Assembly (NCBI GenBank): GCA_036172245.1
Contig: JAYWIR010000001.1
Coordinates: forward strand, 3,162,001-3,226,000
Reading direction: 5' to 3'
Source: Raillietiella orientalis
Lineage: Eukaryota
DNA: 64,000 nt
In this document: positions 13,801 to 26,900 of the stretch, piece by piece
Layout: each line of letters opens with the position of its first letter
How positions within the stretch are numbered: the first letter of the stretch is position 1
Notes under the pieces: generated by a model
The model's database searches: none
Told to the model about the DNA's origin: nothing
Seen by the model: only the letters and a program-made list of their open reading frames with translations
Position numbers and translations under genes: made by a program

Positions 13801-16800
13801 TTCCCTAGGGGAAAAAGGATCCACTTTTCCCGGAAGGATTGCGCCCAGGTACACCGCAGTGGCGAGATACCTGGATGAAAGCCTGCCGCACGGAACCGCA
13901 GGGAACTCTCAGGAGCCGGAATACTCCCAGGAGCATTTCATAAATCTCTAGTCCCGTGATCCATCTGGAAGATCTGAGCCATCCGAGTGTGCTCGCCAGT
14001 TCGCCACGACCTAAAGAGACTCCTCTCATAAGGTGACGCCAAGGAAGCCGTCAGGGCGTTGTGCATGTCGATCTTGAGCAGCGGAGACGATACGTGCCGC
14101 TTCTTCCTAAGAAATGTAATGGCCGCTCCGAGTGGCTACGAAGAAGGCAGGTCATGCCTCGTGTCGGGTGTGGTTGCTGCTCATAGCAACACGCGCACTC
14201 GGGGAAGGCACTAGCCTCCGATAGACAGGTGCTTCGGACCGATCCGTTCCGGGGGAAAGAACTTCTGCCCCCTTCCGTATCCACCTCGGCCATCTAGTCC
14301 TCCAGGAACGCAGCGGCTCAGAGGCAAGCAGATAACCGGGAAGCGCCTCCCGATGCGGCGGGAGTGGCCTCGTGAAGCAAGAGCGGAATCACTTGTCCAT
14401 CCTCGAGGCAAGTATCAGGGGACGACGTAGTAGAGTTCAGGAGGAGCGAATCTTCCCGGAGACGCCGCTCGTCGCGGTAGCTTTTCGGAGGGATACGGCG
14501 AGAAACATGGAAAATCGCACGTTCAGACGGTTCCACAGAGGGCACGGGGATTTCTTCGCCTCCTTCACGCGCTCGTCTCCCTTTCCCGGAGGAGGGGGCG
14601 GCGGCGCAGTAACGCCGCGATCCGGAGGACGGGGAGCAGGAAGAGGTCGTCGTCCTTCAGGGGGTCTGCCCGTGGGCAAGGTTTCACAGCCGGGTCCGTC
14701 CGCTGACTTGACGACCGCGAGCGGCAGTCAACTCTGAGGGGAACCTTCCCTCTCCCTCGTCCCTCTGGCACAAGAGAAGGGAATTCCAGAGCAACACGTG
14801 GGAGTCCGGATCCCCTGAGAAGGCGCAGCAGACGCGGAGACATAGGGAGCGTCTCCCGGCAACCGGGGAGGCGAACCGCGAAGAGTCGCGGCACTGTTGC
14901 GGCAGCGGTCGCCGCCTCGCGAGAAGTCGGCGCGACACACGCCGGCTGCTGCCGCCCTTCCTCCCGCGATCTCAGGAAGAAGTGCATCATCATCACCCAG
15001 GCGACGGTAGCTTTGGGCTCGTTGAGCGTTCTCCCCTCCCCCTTTCCAGCTCCCTTTCCGCTCTTGCGCTTCCCTTCTTCCTGCGTTCGCGCTTCCTGGA
15101 CTAGGGGACTCGGCACTGCGCCCTGTTCACCGGGACTTGGGTGGCGCCGACGGCGACGAGGAAGAGTTTATACGTGCGTGCCTGGAGGGGGGGGGAGATG
15201 AGGCGGGGGCAAAGGCGGCAGCAGCTCCTCCTCCCCTTGCCAACCTACAGCCTCACCTTTCGAAAAATCCGCTCCTCCGCCACGGACAGCGCCGAAGTGC
15301 TCGCCCGCGGCTTCGGGTCAGGGAAGGTCGAGGGACCGATGGGAGGGGTGAAGATGGATGTGAGAGGGCGTTCTTCGTCCCTCCCACCGTCGCAGTTTAC
15401 CCGGATCCACCATCGTCCTTCCTGAACTCCCCCTAGGAAGCTCCCCCTGGGAGCTCTGGGAAGGTGCCGAGGGTACTGTCTTGGGGCGAATGGTCCGGGT
15501 AGCACCTGCCCACACCTTGTACGCCTCGGGCAAGCGTCCTCTTCAGTTTGCCTCCCGCGAGGGCCTTCCTCTCTTCCTTGGGTTTCCTCCTTCTCCCTCG
15601 TCGCTCGCGAAGCCACGATTTCCCTGTGTTGCCCTATGCGCCTCTCCTCCCTTAGCCCTGGAGCATGCGCCGACCTCAGTCGGAAGGAAGGGATGGAAGG
15701 GACGACGACAGTAGACCTCTCCGGGGGCATCTGGGAAGGAATGAAATCTCCCGTCGAGCAGAAGGTCGCCCCTCTTTCCCACATTCCTCTGCATGTCGGC
15801 ACTGGGGAAAGGGGAGAAGGAAGGGGAGGGGAGGGAGTTGTTCCCGCCCGGGACACCGGAGGGACTCTCGGGGATCGCTCGGAAGGGGCGGAGGGGCGAG
15901 AAAGCTCGCAGGATGCTAGCAAGGAAGGAGTCGACCTGGAGGAGACCGTCACCGGGAAGCGGGAAGGAGGTTGCGCTCGCGCGGGTCGCCTAGTAGACGG
16001 GAGCGCTCACGCGCGCCATCGGAACCCTGTTACTTCCCTCAAAGATGCGGTCCGTGGAGAAACGAATGCTGCGCCTGAGTTCCCTGCACGAGGCTCTGGG
16101 TGAGGTGACCCTTCGCGGGCCGTGACCTGTCCTCCCCTCCCCGTCTCGCACCCACACTGCCAGCGGGGCATGGAGGAGCCCCCTTCCCCTGCGCGGGGGA
16201 AGGGTCGCAGCCGGCGTGCCGAGGCCTCCTGACGTCGCCCCCCTTCCTTGGGGTCGTTGAGCCTCCGCGGACATGTTGGAGCAGGTCGGCCCCGCTGCGT
16301 GGTGGCAAGACCTGCCCGCCCGCTCGCGTTCACATGGTTTCCAGCTCTGCAGCTGCTCCCCGAGCGCCAGTGGTGGGGGCAAAGGGCTGCAGGCGGGGGA
16401 TGGAGAGGGAGGGAGGGAGGGTGTCGGCGGCCTTGCCCGCATCCTCAGGGTCTCAGAAGTCCTCCCTTTCCTTCTCCTCCTCTTCCCCCAAATGGCGTGA
16501 GGGAGGGGAAGGGGTGCAGCCGCCGCCCCCCCCGCGGCGCCCCCAAGCTGCCGACCTCGTCGGGGAGGGGCGGTATCGTCGAGAGTGCGGCAGGTAGCAG
16601 CAGCGGAAGAGGGGAAGGGGGAAAGGGAAGGAGGGTCCCACCTGAGGTCTCCGGGAGGTTCCGGACGGGGGCGGGGCGTGTCACTCGCCCAGGAGGGGCC
16701 GCCGCCGTCCCTCTAGAAGCTCCCTCGGGGCCCCCTCCTCCCTCGATCCCCACCCTGGGCGCTCCTGGCAAAGGGGACGGGGGAGTCCTGGGAGCATCCT

Positions 16801-17299
16801 CGAGGAAAGGTCGGAACGGAGCGTCGGAAAGAGGGCACCGATCTCCAGGGAAACGCGGGGCGACTTCGGGGGCTGGCAGAGAAAAGGAAGGGACTCTGTA
16901 GCTGGGAAGTGAAGGGGAGGGGCAACGGGAAGAGGAAGAGGAATCAGCAGTCTCGCGGAAGCGTCTGCCACACCCCGATTGCTCCTTCCTCTCTCCGTAG
17001 GGGGGTGATGGAGGATGCCCCTCCCCTCCCCAAAAACTAAAAAATAAAAAAATAAAAAGGGAAACGGAAGGGGGAGGAAGAAAAAGTGGGGTGTGAGGGT
17101 GAGCGAGAAGAGGTTGGACCACCCCGCCCAACCCTCACGGGAGTTTGGGCGAAGCGTCGCGCGGAAGGAGGGAGGGAGGGAGGGGAGGGTGGGGTGGTGC
17201 GGGCGCTTCCCCCTCGCCCGTCGCTCCCGGCGAGGCGGTCGCCGCCGGAAGTCGTCCCTCCCCCTCCTCTTCCGGTCGCCGGCTGGAAAGGGAAGGTCT

Positions 17300-18238
17300 C
17301 GAGGCGGGGCGGGGCGGGGCGCGCGAGGCCCGGCCGTCCCCTCCGCCAACTTGCCTGCCCGCGGTCGCCGTGGAAGTCCCTCCCGGGGCCGAGGCAGAGG
17401 GGTGCGGGGAGGAGTCGAGGAGCTGCGGGCGGAGGACAGTGCGTCATTTGTCCACGCGCGCGCTTCCTCCCCCCTCCCTTCTTCTCTCCCTCCCTCTCCT
17501 CTCTCTCCCTCTCCTTCCCGGGGCGCGTCCGTCCGCGGGGCAGGAAGCGGCGGCGGCGGCGGCGGCGGCGGCGGATCTCTCCCTCCTTCTCTCTCCGCCC
17601 CTCCCTCCCTCCCCCCCTCTCCTCCTCCTCCTCCTCCGCTTCCTTTGTTCGAGAGCGTCCCCGCGCAGCCTTCGGGCGGCGCGCGGCCGCGCGAGACCGG
17701 CGCGTGGGGGAGGAGTCGCCGGGGAAACCGTCTCCGGAGCGAGAGCGCCTTACTCCTCCGCGCGTCTCCTCGGGAGTTGCCGTCGGGATTCGGGCCGCGT
17801 CACACGCGTGTGGCCGCCGCCAGCTTCTCGCACGCCGTCGTCCTCGCACGCGCGCGTGCGCGCACCCGCTGCCACCAGCACCGCCACCACCACCAACAGC
17901 AGCGGTGAGCCTGTCGGGGTCTGCCCCTCCCCCTCCTCAGAAAGGAAGGAACGGCGCCCGGGGGGCGCCCGCGCACTCCGCCCGGAGGGAGACGAAAACA
18001 GCAGGGAAAGAGGGGCGGAGGGAAAGGTCGGGGCAGCGCCCGCCCTGTTGCTGTCCCCCCCTTTCGTAAGGCCCTTTCTTGCGCTGCCCTTGCCTCAGCC
18101 GCCGCCTCACCCCACCCCCACCCCACCTTCCCCTCCCCTGTTGCCGCCTCCTTGCTGCTGCTCCCCCACCGCCCTCCTGCTTGCTCTTCCCCTCCTCCCC
18201 CTCGCCCCAGTGGGGAACAAGCCGAGGACCTCGGAGAG
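17300..18238 (+). promoter_or_regulatory. Probable TATA-less GC-rich promoter and 5' UTR of the distal Egfr transcript
   Basis: Tandem GC boxes (GGCGGGGCGGGGCGGGGC, about 17303-17320), Inr-like TCATTT at 17444-17449, (CGG)9, (TCC)6 and dense CpG directly upstream of exon 1a. The start site cannot be determined from sequence alone. Confidence 0.45.
17548..17574. repeat. (CGG)9 trinucleotide repeat upstream of exon 1a
   Basis: Read directly from the sequence. Confidence 0.95.
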
Positions 18239-18338
18239 ATGCAGGGGCTGATGAGGCTGCTACCGCTGGCGCTCGTCTGGCTGGGGTGGAGGAGCTGTCT
18301 GAGGGACTCGGCCGGACACGCCGCCGTGGAGGAAAAAG
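18239..18338 (+). CDS. Egfr: Egfr first coding exon 1a (distal), signal peptide MQGLMRLLPLALVWLGWRSCLRDSAGHAAVEEK
   Basis: ATG at 18239 with a second in-frame ATG at 18251, hydrophobic core LLPLALVWLGW, and strong donor AAG|GTAAG (GT at 18339). It is phase 1, so G+TC gives EEK-V-CIGT with exon 2, resembling the mature N-terminus of vertebrate EGFR (LEEKKVCQGT). The intron to exon 2 is 28,547 bp. The long-range join is inferred. Confidence 0.8.
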
Positions 18339-20861
18339 GTAAGCCACCGGGGAGACTGCGGGGCGAGGGAAGGGCAAAGGGCCCCGCCCGAAGGAGGGGA
18401 GGGGGTGGAAAAGCAGCAGACCCGAATGCAGCTCAGGAGCCATCTTTGCTTTGGAGTGTTCGCTCCCCGCGAGCGGGGGGCATCCTCTTCCCCTGCCCTG
18501 GGGTGCTCTCTCCCTGCTCCTCCCTTCGACCCTCATGGCGGATCCTCCATCGAGGGGAAGGGGGAGGGGAAGCGACGCCCCGAATTCGCCTCCGCCGCGC
18601 CGCCTGGGGGTAGATTCCGTCCGGGCGAGTGAGCGCCCCATTGTCGGCCGGACCCGCCCTCCGACGAGGACCCTGGATGGCGGCCCTCGTCCGGGCCATT
18701 AATCTTCCTCTTCCTTCTCAGCTGTTGTTGCCACCCTTCTTGTTCCCCTCCCTCCTCTTGGACGTCTCCCGAGTGTGGAAGTCCTTCGGGAAGGGCGGGA
18801 GGATGGGTGCACGGGCACCTCGGCGCTCGGGGTGGAAGGTGGGGAGAGCAGGGGGTAGAGGGAAATCTAACGCACGCCGGCCGGGGTAAGGGGCTGCGCG
18901 CGCGCTCCCATTCACGGCAACCCAAGCGAGAGGAGGAGGACGGACCGAGGGACCGCTGCCTCCCCCCCCCCCTCCTTCCCGCTTTGTTCTTCGGCGCGTC
19001 TCCTCCCCTTCCCGAGGTGACCGGGAAAGGAATCTCCTCCCGGGACGCTCCCGGCGCGAGCCCTTTCTCAGGCGGAGGAGGGAGAGCAGGGAGGATCCTC
19101 ATTCACAGGAGCGCGCGGCACGATAAATCACGTGGCTTCGCCGGCGTCGCCTTTTCTTCCCCTAACCGCTGGCGACCGGAGGTCCTCTGTAGGACGTCTC
19201 TCACTTGTTGAGGAAGAGCGACCCCGTTTTTGTGAGGCTCGCGAGGATCGGTCGCCACGGAAGGAGGAGAGAGCCGGTTGCTAGGAGGGGAGGGGGAAGC
19301 ATCTTTTTCCGGGGAAGCTTTCTCTGGTGAGGCGTGCCGTTGGTTGCTGCACGACCGCGTGCTCCGAGGCGGACCCGACGGCAACAGTTTTCCCTCCTGC
19401 GAGTGCCTGCTCTAGATCCGGGAGAGTAGGCTCCGGGCAAGCGAGAGGAGCTGTGGGGAACCCGGTGCTCTGACTCCCTCTTTTCCGCTTCCCCTAGGCA
19501 TCGCGGCGAGCGGACCCCAGTCCTCCCGTTGTCTGCACCCTGAGAGGAGGTGGAGGCAGGAGCTTGCACCGTCCGCAGGCTTCGGGCTGCAGCTCGACTG
19601 AAGGGAGCTCGAAGGAAGGATTGAGGAGCGACTCGCGCGTGGGTCTGCTACAGCTGGGCGCAAATACCCACCAGGGTTCAGCGTTGCGAACAGTTCCTTC
19701 GTCGAGCCCTTGGGTGGTTCCCATTGCGCGGGAGGCGACTCTGCCCTGCGCATCACCCGGACGTACCGCAGAGCGATTTCGATGCGAAACCACGAATCCG
19801 TCCACCTCCCTTCACTCTTGCGAGCTCGGATGGGGACGTGACAGCTTCTCCTGCTTGTAGGCTTCCTGAACACATCTGGGCTTTCGTCCTCTTTTTCCTC
19901 TACGCGTGAACCATCCAACTGCACTCTGCGCGCGAGTGCTCACCTCTCACCTCCCATCATCCGCGGAAAAAGGAATGGAAAAGGAAAGCCTTGCCATCAT
20001 AGGAACGCAGTTGACCCGCTCCATCTCTCATGATCCCTGGAACTGCTTTTAATCTTCCCATTGATCAGGAAAAAACAACACGCACGACAAACATTGTTGT
20101 CTCCGCTTCCTGATTTGTCTTGGAGGAGCTTCGAAGCGTTCCCTTCGAAGCTCTTTCGAGTTCGTAAATTTCCAGCCTCCTTCCCTCAGTGGACTCCCAC
20201 TTGTGGCCGCGATGGTTTCCTGCGGGAAATGCACACCAAGGCATGCGCCTCCATCTGGAGCAGAAGGCGCTACTTGGGGGCTTGAGTGTTGATGGCTGTT
20301 TCCCCGGTCCATCCGGATTCCTCGCTCTCTCACCGTCACTTCCCCACGTCTGTGAACTCGATACAAACGAAAACTCCTCCCTTCCCTCGAAGGTACGGTT
20401 TCTTTCTGCATCTACGTTAGCACCTGGGACGTGCGTGTTCCGAATCGGGGAAAACGTGACCATCTCCGTGTCAGAAAGATACACCCCTCCCTTCCTTCAC
20501 CGTAGCTCCTTTCTACTTCCAAATTTTTTTTTTTCTTTTTTTTTTGGGGGGGGGGGGGGGGGGAGTTCCTCGTTCAACGGCTTCCCACGAAGGCGAAGCC
20601 AAGCCTCGAGCGCGTCCCGAGGATGGAGGCTGCCAGGAGCCAGCGCACTTCGAGAGCAAGACGACGGAGCGGAACTCGCAGATTTGCCTTCCCCCTTCAT
20701 CTCGCTGAGCCTCGCGCAGTGCGGTGCAGCGTTGTGCAGCGCGCCCACTTCGCAGGCGCGCATCGTCCCGGCAAACAATGAGACAGCGCACCCAAGCTGC
20801 CTAGCGACGTCATTGTTTAGCAAACCGCTCATTTCCAACAATCGACCCGACTTATTTTCCC

Positions 20862-20932
20862 GGCATTGTTGCACCTGCGACGAGACGGCACTGAGAGGGC
20901 ATTGTTGCACCTGCGACGAGACGGCATTGAGA
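20862..20932. repeat. 36-bp tandem duplication, 2 copies (GGCATTGTTGCACCTGCGACGAGACGGCAyTGAGA)
   Basis: Copies start at 20862 and 20898 and differ by one base. Confidence 0.95.
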
Positions 20933-23900
20933 ACCAGCTTTGTGTTTGCTGCCTTTAGTTTAAGGGCAGGAAGCCTTAACACAGACTTCCTTGCACTTGG
21001 CTGAACAGAGAGAGCCCAAGTGCGCGCTCAGTCTGCCTCCCACAAAAGCTGCTGTGGACGACACTTGGCAACTATCGCTTCGCGTTTTTCCCATCTTTGC
21101 AGCCCATTTCACCTCGAGCAACAGACCGCCCTAACAAAGCTCCGGCACCATGAGCCGTCTCGGGCAACCTCTTGCAGAACGGAGCCCAAGCGAGCTCGCG
21201 GCCAATGCCGGGACATGCCAGCATGGCACGTCATGTGTTATCTGCGATTTCCCCTGGCCTTCGCTTCCCGCCCGCAAAACTTTTTGATCTCCACCCCTTG
21301 CCGAAGCAGATCTCGACATCGGGGGTCCCACCAGTTTGCTGCCGCGCCGTAATCGGACGATCGGAGATCTTCGGCATCTTTGGAATTCGGGGAAATTTTT
21401 CGACGCAGGAATCGGAGGACGTCGCGCGTACGTCGGACTTTGCGGGGCACTAGAAGTGTTGGTTGCTCGTTCTCTCGAGCAACCAAGTGGATGAGGGGAT
21501 GGCAACGGCGAGCGGATGAGGTCGCAGGAGTTCGCAAAGGCTGCCATCAGTTCCAGTCGCCTAGTGACCAACGCTCTGGGGCTGCTTCGACGGCGATTTC
21601 CCAGTTCCTTTTTCTCTGTCTCTCTCACAAGGGGGAATTTTCACCCTTGCACCGTCCGAATCCGGTTTGCCTCCACGGTCATGACCTGGCTCTCTCATGT
21701 GCCACCCTTCAGGCAACGAAACCAAGGCAGCGGTCAGTTGAGACAGCGCTCTTGCGCCTTCCGTTCCGAATACCGCGCTTGCCTCCGCGTCCGTGTGTTT
21801 TATTGCCTACTTGTTCTGTGTCCTTCCTTTCCCTTTTTCGAGCCATCATCTCCCCGAAGGCATTTAGTGTATGGTGTGGCCTGGGGATGCCGCTCCACTC
21901 CCGCGTTACAAGCCGCTGGAGCACATCCACGTGCACATCGAGTGACTTTTCTAGTCTGCATCCACCAGTCTATCTGGGACCGGAACGGGTGCCAGGCTTG
22001 TTGTTGCTCTCTTATCGACTCACCGAAACAGTCGCCGTGGCCGATGGCGATGGATGCGCCGACGGATCGGCGTGAGTCCTCTGAGGAGGGATGTTCCCAG
22101 GATCACCTTAGCATCCCGTTCTCTCCCTTACCCACACCCATCGCGGCCTCAGAGGACTGTTGCTTGCTTTGTGCTTTCTTTCTTGTGGGCTGGAACCATG
22201 TGACCTCGCGTTGCCAACGTCGAAAAATTGCCCGCCGCGGAACACTCACAGGGGTCAGCAGGCAAGGAAGGCGCCGGTGGGAGCGTCAGCGTGGGTCATG
22301 GTGAGGGCGCGAGAAATCGTTAGTGTGAAACGGGAAGCCTTTCCGGGGAAACGCATTTGGGCTCTTTCGGGAACCTGGAAGGAGTCAAACACAGGATGCT
22401 CGGTGCTCTCCTCTTCCGGAAGTGCTTGCTTTCCCTCCCCCCTCTCTTTGCCCGCATTGGGGGAGATGAAATACCGAATGACCCGAGCAATCCCGGAGGA
22501 AGTGGAAACACCAGGAAACACGTGCGTGCGTGAGTGCGTGCCTTCCTTCGCAAGGAAGAGCGGAAACGGGAACATGTGCGTTTCCCGTGGGAGGGGATGT
22601 GAGGGGAGTTGTTCATCCGGTCACTGCTCGTCCCCTTTTCCCCGAGGGTCGCGCGGGTTCGGAAGGCTTCCTCCCTTCCTCCTCCTCCTCGTTCCTCCCT
22701 TCCCACTCTCTTCCGCTCACGGCAGGAAGGAAGCGTAGCCGGAGAGGGGCGGCAGCGAGGCAGAGGTCGACCTTTGGCTACAGTCCGGGTCGGAAAGGGA
22801 GGCTGCAATTCCTCCCCCAGCCCCCTCCCCCTCCGTCTCGTTGCCTTCCGCCTCTCTAGATGACGGCTGCCTTCCGTTTCTTCCCCTTCGCCGAAGGCCT
22901 TGTTGGCCACCCTTAGGGAAGACGGGAGCGGTTGCGTGCTCTGCAACGCTGCCGCCACAGGTGCCGGCAGTCTCAGCCCGTTCCGCAGTCTGCTCTGCCG
23001 ATGCCATCTCGCGGCTGCTGCTGCTGTCGCATTCTCCCCGATCGCCGTTGCCACGAGAGTCGCCATTCCCCCTTCCTACCTGCCTCTCATATGCCTCCCG
23101 ATGCCCTTGCGGAGGTAGAGAGGGGAGCAGGGAGCGAACAGTCAGGACGCCGCCACGCCCCACGCCGAAATCGACTTGTTGCAAAAGGATGCAAATAGGG
23201 GGAGGGAGCGCTTCCTTGGGCAGGTTTCGGGGGAAAGGGCGTGCCATGACACGCCCACCGGAAGACGCTGGGCTCGGCCGAGAGGAAGAGGAACGTCCCC
23301 ATTGACCCTTGGACGCTCGCGCGCTGTCCCGCAGCGACTGCGGCAACTGCAGGCCCGCCTGCGGTGGGGCTCCGTCCCTCTGCCACACGCAAGGCGACTG
23401 CGGCGGCGGTGGAGAGCGCCAAGGGAGCTCAAGAAGGAGCTCCATCTGGTCCTGAGCCCGATTTCCCAGTGGTTACTGTCGGTCCCTACTTTTTTTTTTC
23501 GGAAGGGCGTTCGGCCCTGCTCGTGACCTTCGCGAGGTCTTCTTCAGCAGGCGTCTCGGCGTGTTTTCAGGAGGTCCTTTCCGTCGCGTGCCTAGTTGAA
23601 AGAAGGTCGCGGCGACCCTCCCCCTCCTCTCCTGCAGCTGCAGCAACAGTGGCAACAGCAGCAGTCCGAGGAGGGTAGAATGCGCCCTCTGGTCCTTTCG
23701 GGTACCCATCTGCCCTCTCACCAAGCTAAGAGAAGATGAAGCGGATGTTCCGTGGATCCTTCCGCGCCAGCGAGGAATACCAGAAGCTGCAAAACTGCCT
23801 CGAGGGATTTTTTTCTCTCCTGCAGGAACCGTCTTGACTCCAGGGGGTCAGGGGAGGGAGAACGAGCATCCGTTGCGGGTTGAGACGGCCTCACCGCCCC

Positions 23901-26900
23901 ACTCGGGTTCTTCTCCCAGTCTGTGCTCCTTTCCAACCCACCCCTTTTTTCTCCTAAAAGGGAAGGACGACTCTCGCAACCCACCATCACTTCCGTCTTT
24001 TTTCCTACCCTATCCCTTTATCACCTCAACGCCGTCGCCGTTCGATCGCGTTTCCGGTGGGTTTTTTGGGGGTGCCCGAGGCTGCCCGAGCGTGCAAGGG
24101 GTGGATCTGACGTGTGTGCTCAGGCTCTCAAGGAAGAAGTGTCCCCAAGCGGCGAGTCCCGTGGTTGGCTCTCCTCTCTTCCCGATCGCTCTCCGGAAGG
24201 TCTTGCCTATGAGAGCATGGCCATCCCGTAACCCCTGCTCTGCTGCCAGTGTGGCTGAGTGCGGTCAGGCGAAGGGAGCGTGCGGATCGTCGATCGTGTC
24301 CCTCCTCCGACCATCCAGCCTGGTCTTAGCTTCAGACTGCCGGTGAGGCCACACTCGCGGAGGTGGCGCGCGCGCATTCCGCGATAAGGGAATGCTGGGA
24401 TCGGAACCCTTCCTCTCTACTTCTACCGGGCCCTCCCAGTTTCCGAGCCGTGCTCCCGGGCATAACGGCGGCGAGGAGCGGTGCGTCCCTGCCGCCATTG
24501 GGACGCTTCATCAGGAGACTCCGCGCGATCGGCGGGGGAGTGCCGGGAAACGCTCAGCTGCCAAGCCATCCCATGGGATCAGTGCCGTCGAAGAGTTCCG
24601 GGGGGTCAGCAGGTAGTCGAGTGCCGGGTCAGTCTTCGTCGGGAAAGCTGCGTAGAACTTCACTTCTTTGATGGCCATCGAAGAAGAGTGCTGCCTCAAG
24701 AGGTACCCAGGTCTTCTCGTACAAAGAGCCGAGCAGCAGAGCCTTTGCCGTTGCTCCTGGGGATCTTCCTGCTGGTATTTTCGCACTAGGGGTCCTCTGG
24801 TTTCTCTCTGCGACACTATCGCCGCACATTCAGGAAGAATCCCGCCGTGACCTCCCAGCTTCGCTAGATTGCTGCTTCTGCTCAGCGCGCGTCCTCTTCG
24901 GCAGTTCGAAGCGCTTCTTCCGCCTCTGCCCCGGCCGGAAGCCTTGGAGCCCCCCCTCCCTCCGTCTTTGCTCTCCAGCACTCCGGGCGGGATTTTTCCC
25001 CAGCGCCTTCTGCATTGAATGCTCTCCGTTCGACCTCTTACTGCGTTTCTGTGACGACCCACTCGTTCACTCTCTCGCAAGCGCCGGAGGAAACTGCAGG
25101 ACGGCGAACGGTTGTCACCCTGGAGACGGCTGCATCCCCTTCGCAGCCGCCCGCACGGAGAGGATCGCGTAGAACAAACCTGTTGGATCCGCGGGCAAGG
25201 GAAGATCACGGTGTCTCGGAGGGGCTTCTCGCACTTTTCGTACACCACACGTCGCTTAGAAAACCGGAAGGCGGAAGAGCAAAGGGAGGAGGAAAGGCCC
25301 ACGACTTTTCTTCCTCCCATCTTTCCCCCCTGGTTTTCTTTTCACTGTCCTCTTCAACTCCTGCGGGATGCAGGGAGGTCGGCAAGCCCCCCCCCCCCGC
25401 AAGCACCAAAACAGCAGTCTTCAGTTCACCGGGTTGCGCGTGACGACGATCCCCTGTAGAACGGGCCATCGCGGTGCCGTTCGAGCTGGAGGTATCGGCG
25501 GCGATTTGGAACTGCAGGACGGCCCTCCGCCGACCTTCCTTCCTCGCTTCCTGTGAGGTCGCCGTCCCTTCCTCCTCTCCCTCGGGGGCGCCGTCGTCGA
25601 ACGGAAGCTGACCTCGGACTCCCTTCGGGGATTCCGAAACCGCGCTGTCGCCGGCTTGCTCCGGAGGGGAGCATCTCGGTTCTTTCGGGGGGACACGCCG
25701 AAGCATGTGGGCGGGCGACCCAGCGGCCGCTGGCGACGCGCGACGGCTACCAGGGACGGTCGCTGCCTCCGCCTCGCTATGCTTGGCGACAGTGCGCGGC
25801 TAATTGACGGCCTTTACATGAAAACGCGCTGCAAGGTCACCTGGCAAACTCCAGCAAGATACGCAGAAAGCACTCCTTGTATTGTTTTTCCTTCTTTCTT
25901 TTCTTTTCTTAAAAAAAAAAAAAAAAGTTCCCTGAGGGAAGGAAGGAAGTTCATCTTTCAATCGATCACTTCGTTGCTCGTTGCGAGGGAGCGTTGGGCG
26001 GGCATCTCCGGTTGTGTGGCAGCCAGAGAGCATCCCACGCGAAGGTGGGGAGTCACGCGCAGCATCCTGATGTCGGATGCCGAAAAAAATTCTTTGTTTC
26101 TCCTTACCGCTTCTTAGCCTCTCCCTCTCCCCATTCCTCCTCCTCCTCCTCTCTTCAGCTGCTCCCTCTCGAGACTTTTCCTTCTTCTTGCCTGTTCCGT
26201 CGAGTGCACACGTCACGTGACCGCTGCCTGAAGGGGGGGCGAGGGGCAGTAGCGAGGTTTCGCTGCATGAACTCTCATCCCGCCCGCTCGTCGTGCGTGC
26301 GTGCACGCGGTTCGGGGATGGACCGCCGGATGCTTCGCGCAGGCCCCACCGCTTCCCAGGGAAGGCGGGGAAAAGGGAGAAAGTGAGCGTGGTCTGCGCG
26401 GTCCCATAGGGAAGAGAGCGCCGCGGGTGGTGGCTGCTGCTCTTGTCGAAGCGTGGCGAGACGACGAGGAGGAGGTTCGGCCTCACCTCGCTCCGAGCGG
26501 CGTCCTGCGCAGAAGAGAGGAGGCCCCATCCTCGCTCGAGCGTCCGGATGCTGCTGAATAGACAGAGGGGAACGTGCGGACTTGCGCGCGCACATGCGCG
26601 GCGAGGTCCCCCCATCTTCTCGGGGAACTTGCGCAGATCCCCCTGGGAAAAACAAAACCCCCTCCCCCCAAACAAAGGAACGAGGAACGCGTGTGCACGC
26701 ACTCTCGAGGCGGACAAGAAAAGGAGAAAATCAAGGGAACGTCGCCAAAAGGTGCCGCGGGTGCCGTCCTCGTCTTTCCTTCTTCTCCCTGGCCTCCCGA
26801 TCTTCCCAGGAGGAAGGAGGTGCGAGAGAGCGGTGGCGGGCGCGGCTCGCCCTTTTCTGCTGCAGCTTCGTTTAGCCGGAGGCGTCGGAGCGCTGCTTCC

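Noticed and set aside
13805-14029. HCGVPG on the minus strand, resembling the non-LTR retrotransposon RNase H motif (WxPxHxGIxGNExAD)
   Set aside because: The Trp and the NE.AD residues are missing, and no RT motifs are visible nearby.
20126-20153. 11-bp perfect inverted repeat GAGCTTCGAAG / CTTCGAAGCTC
   Set aside because: It is real but short and built from a self-palindromic core, so it is plausible by chance or local duplication. It does not fit heat-shock element spacing.
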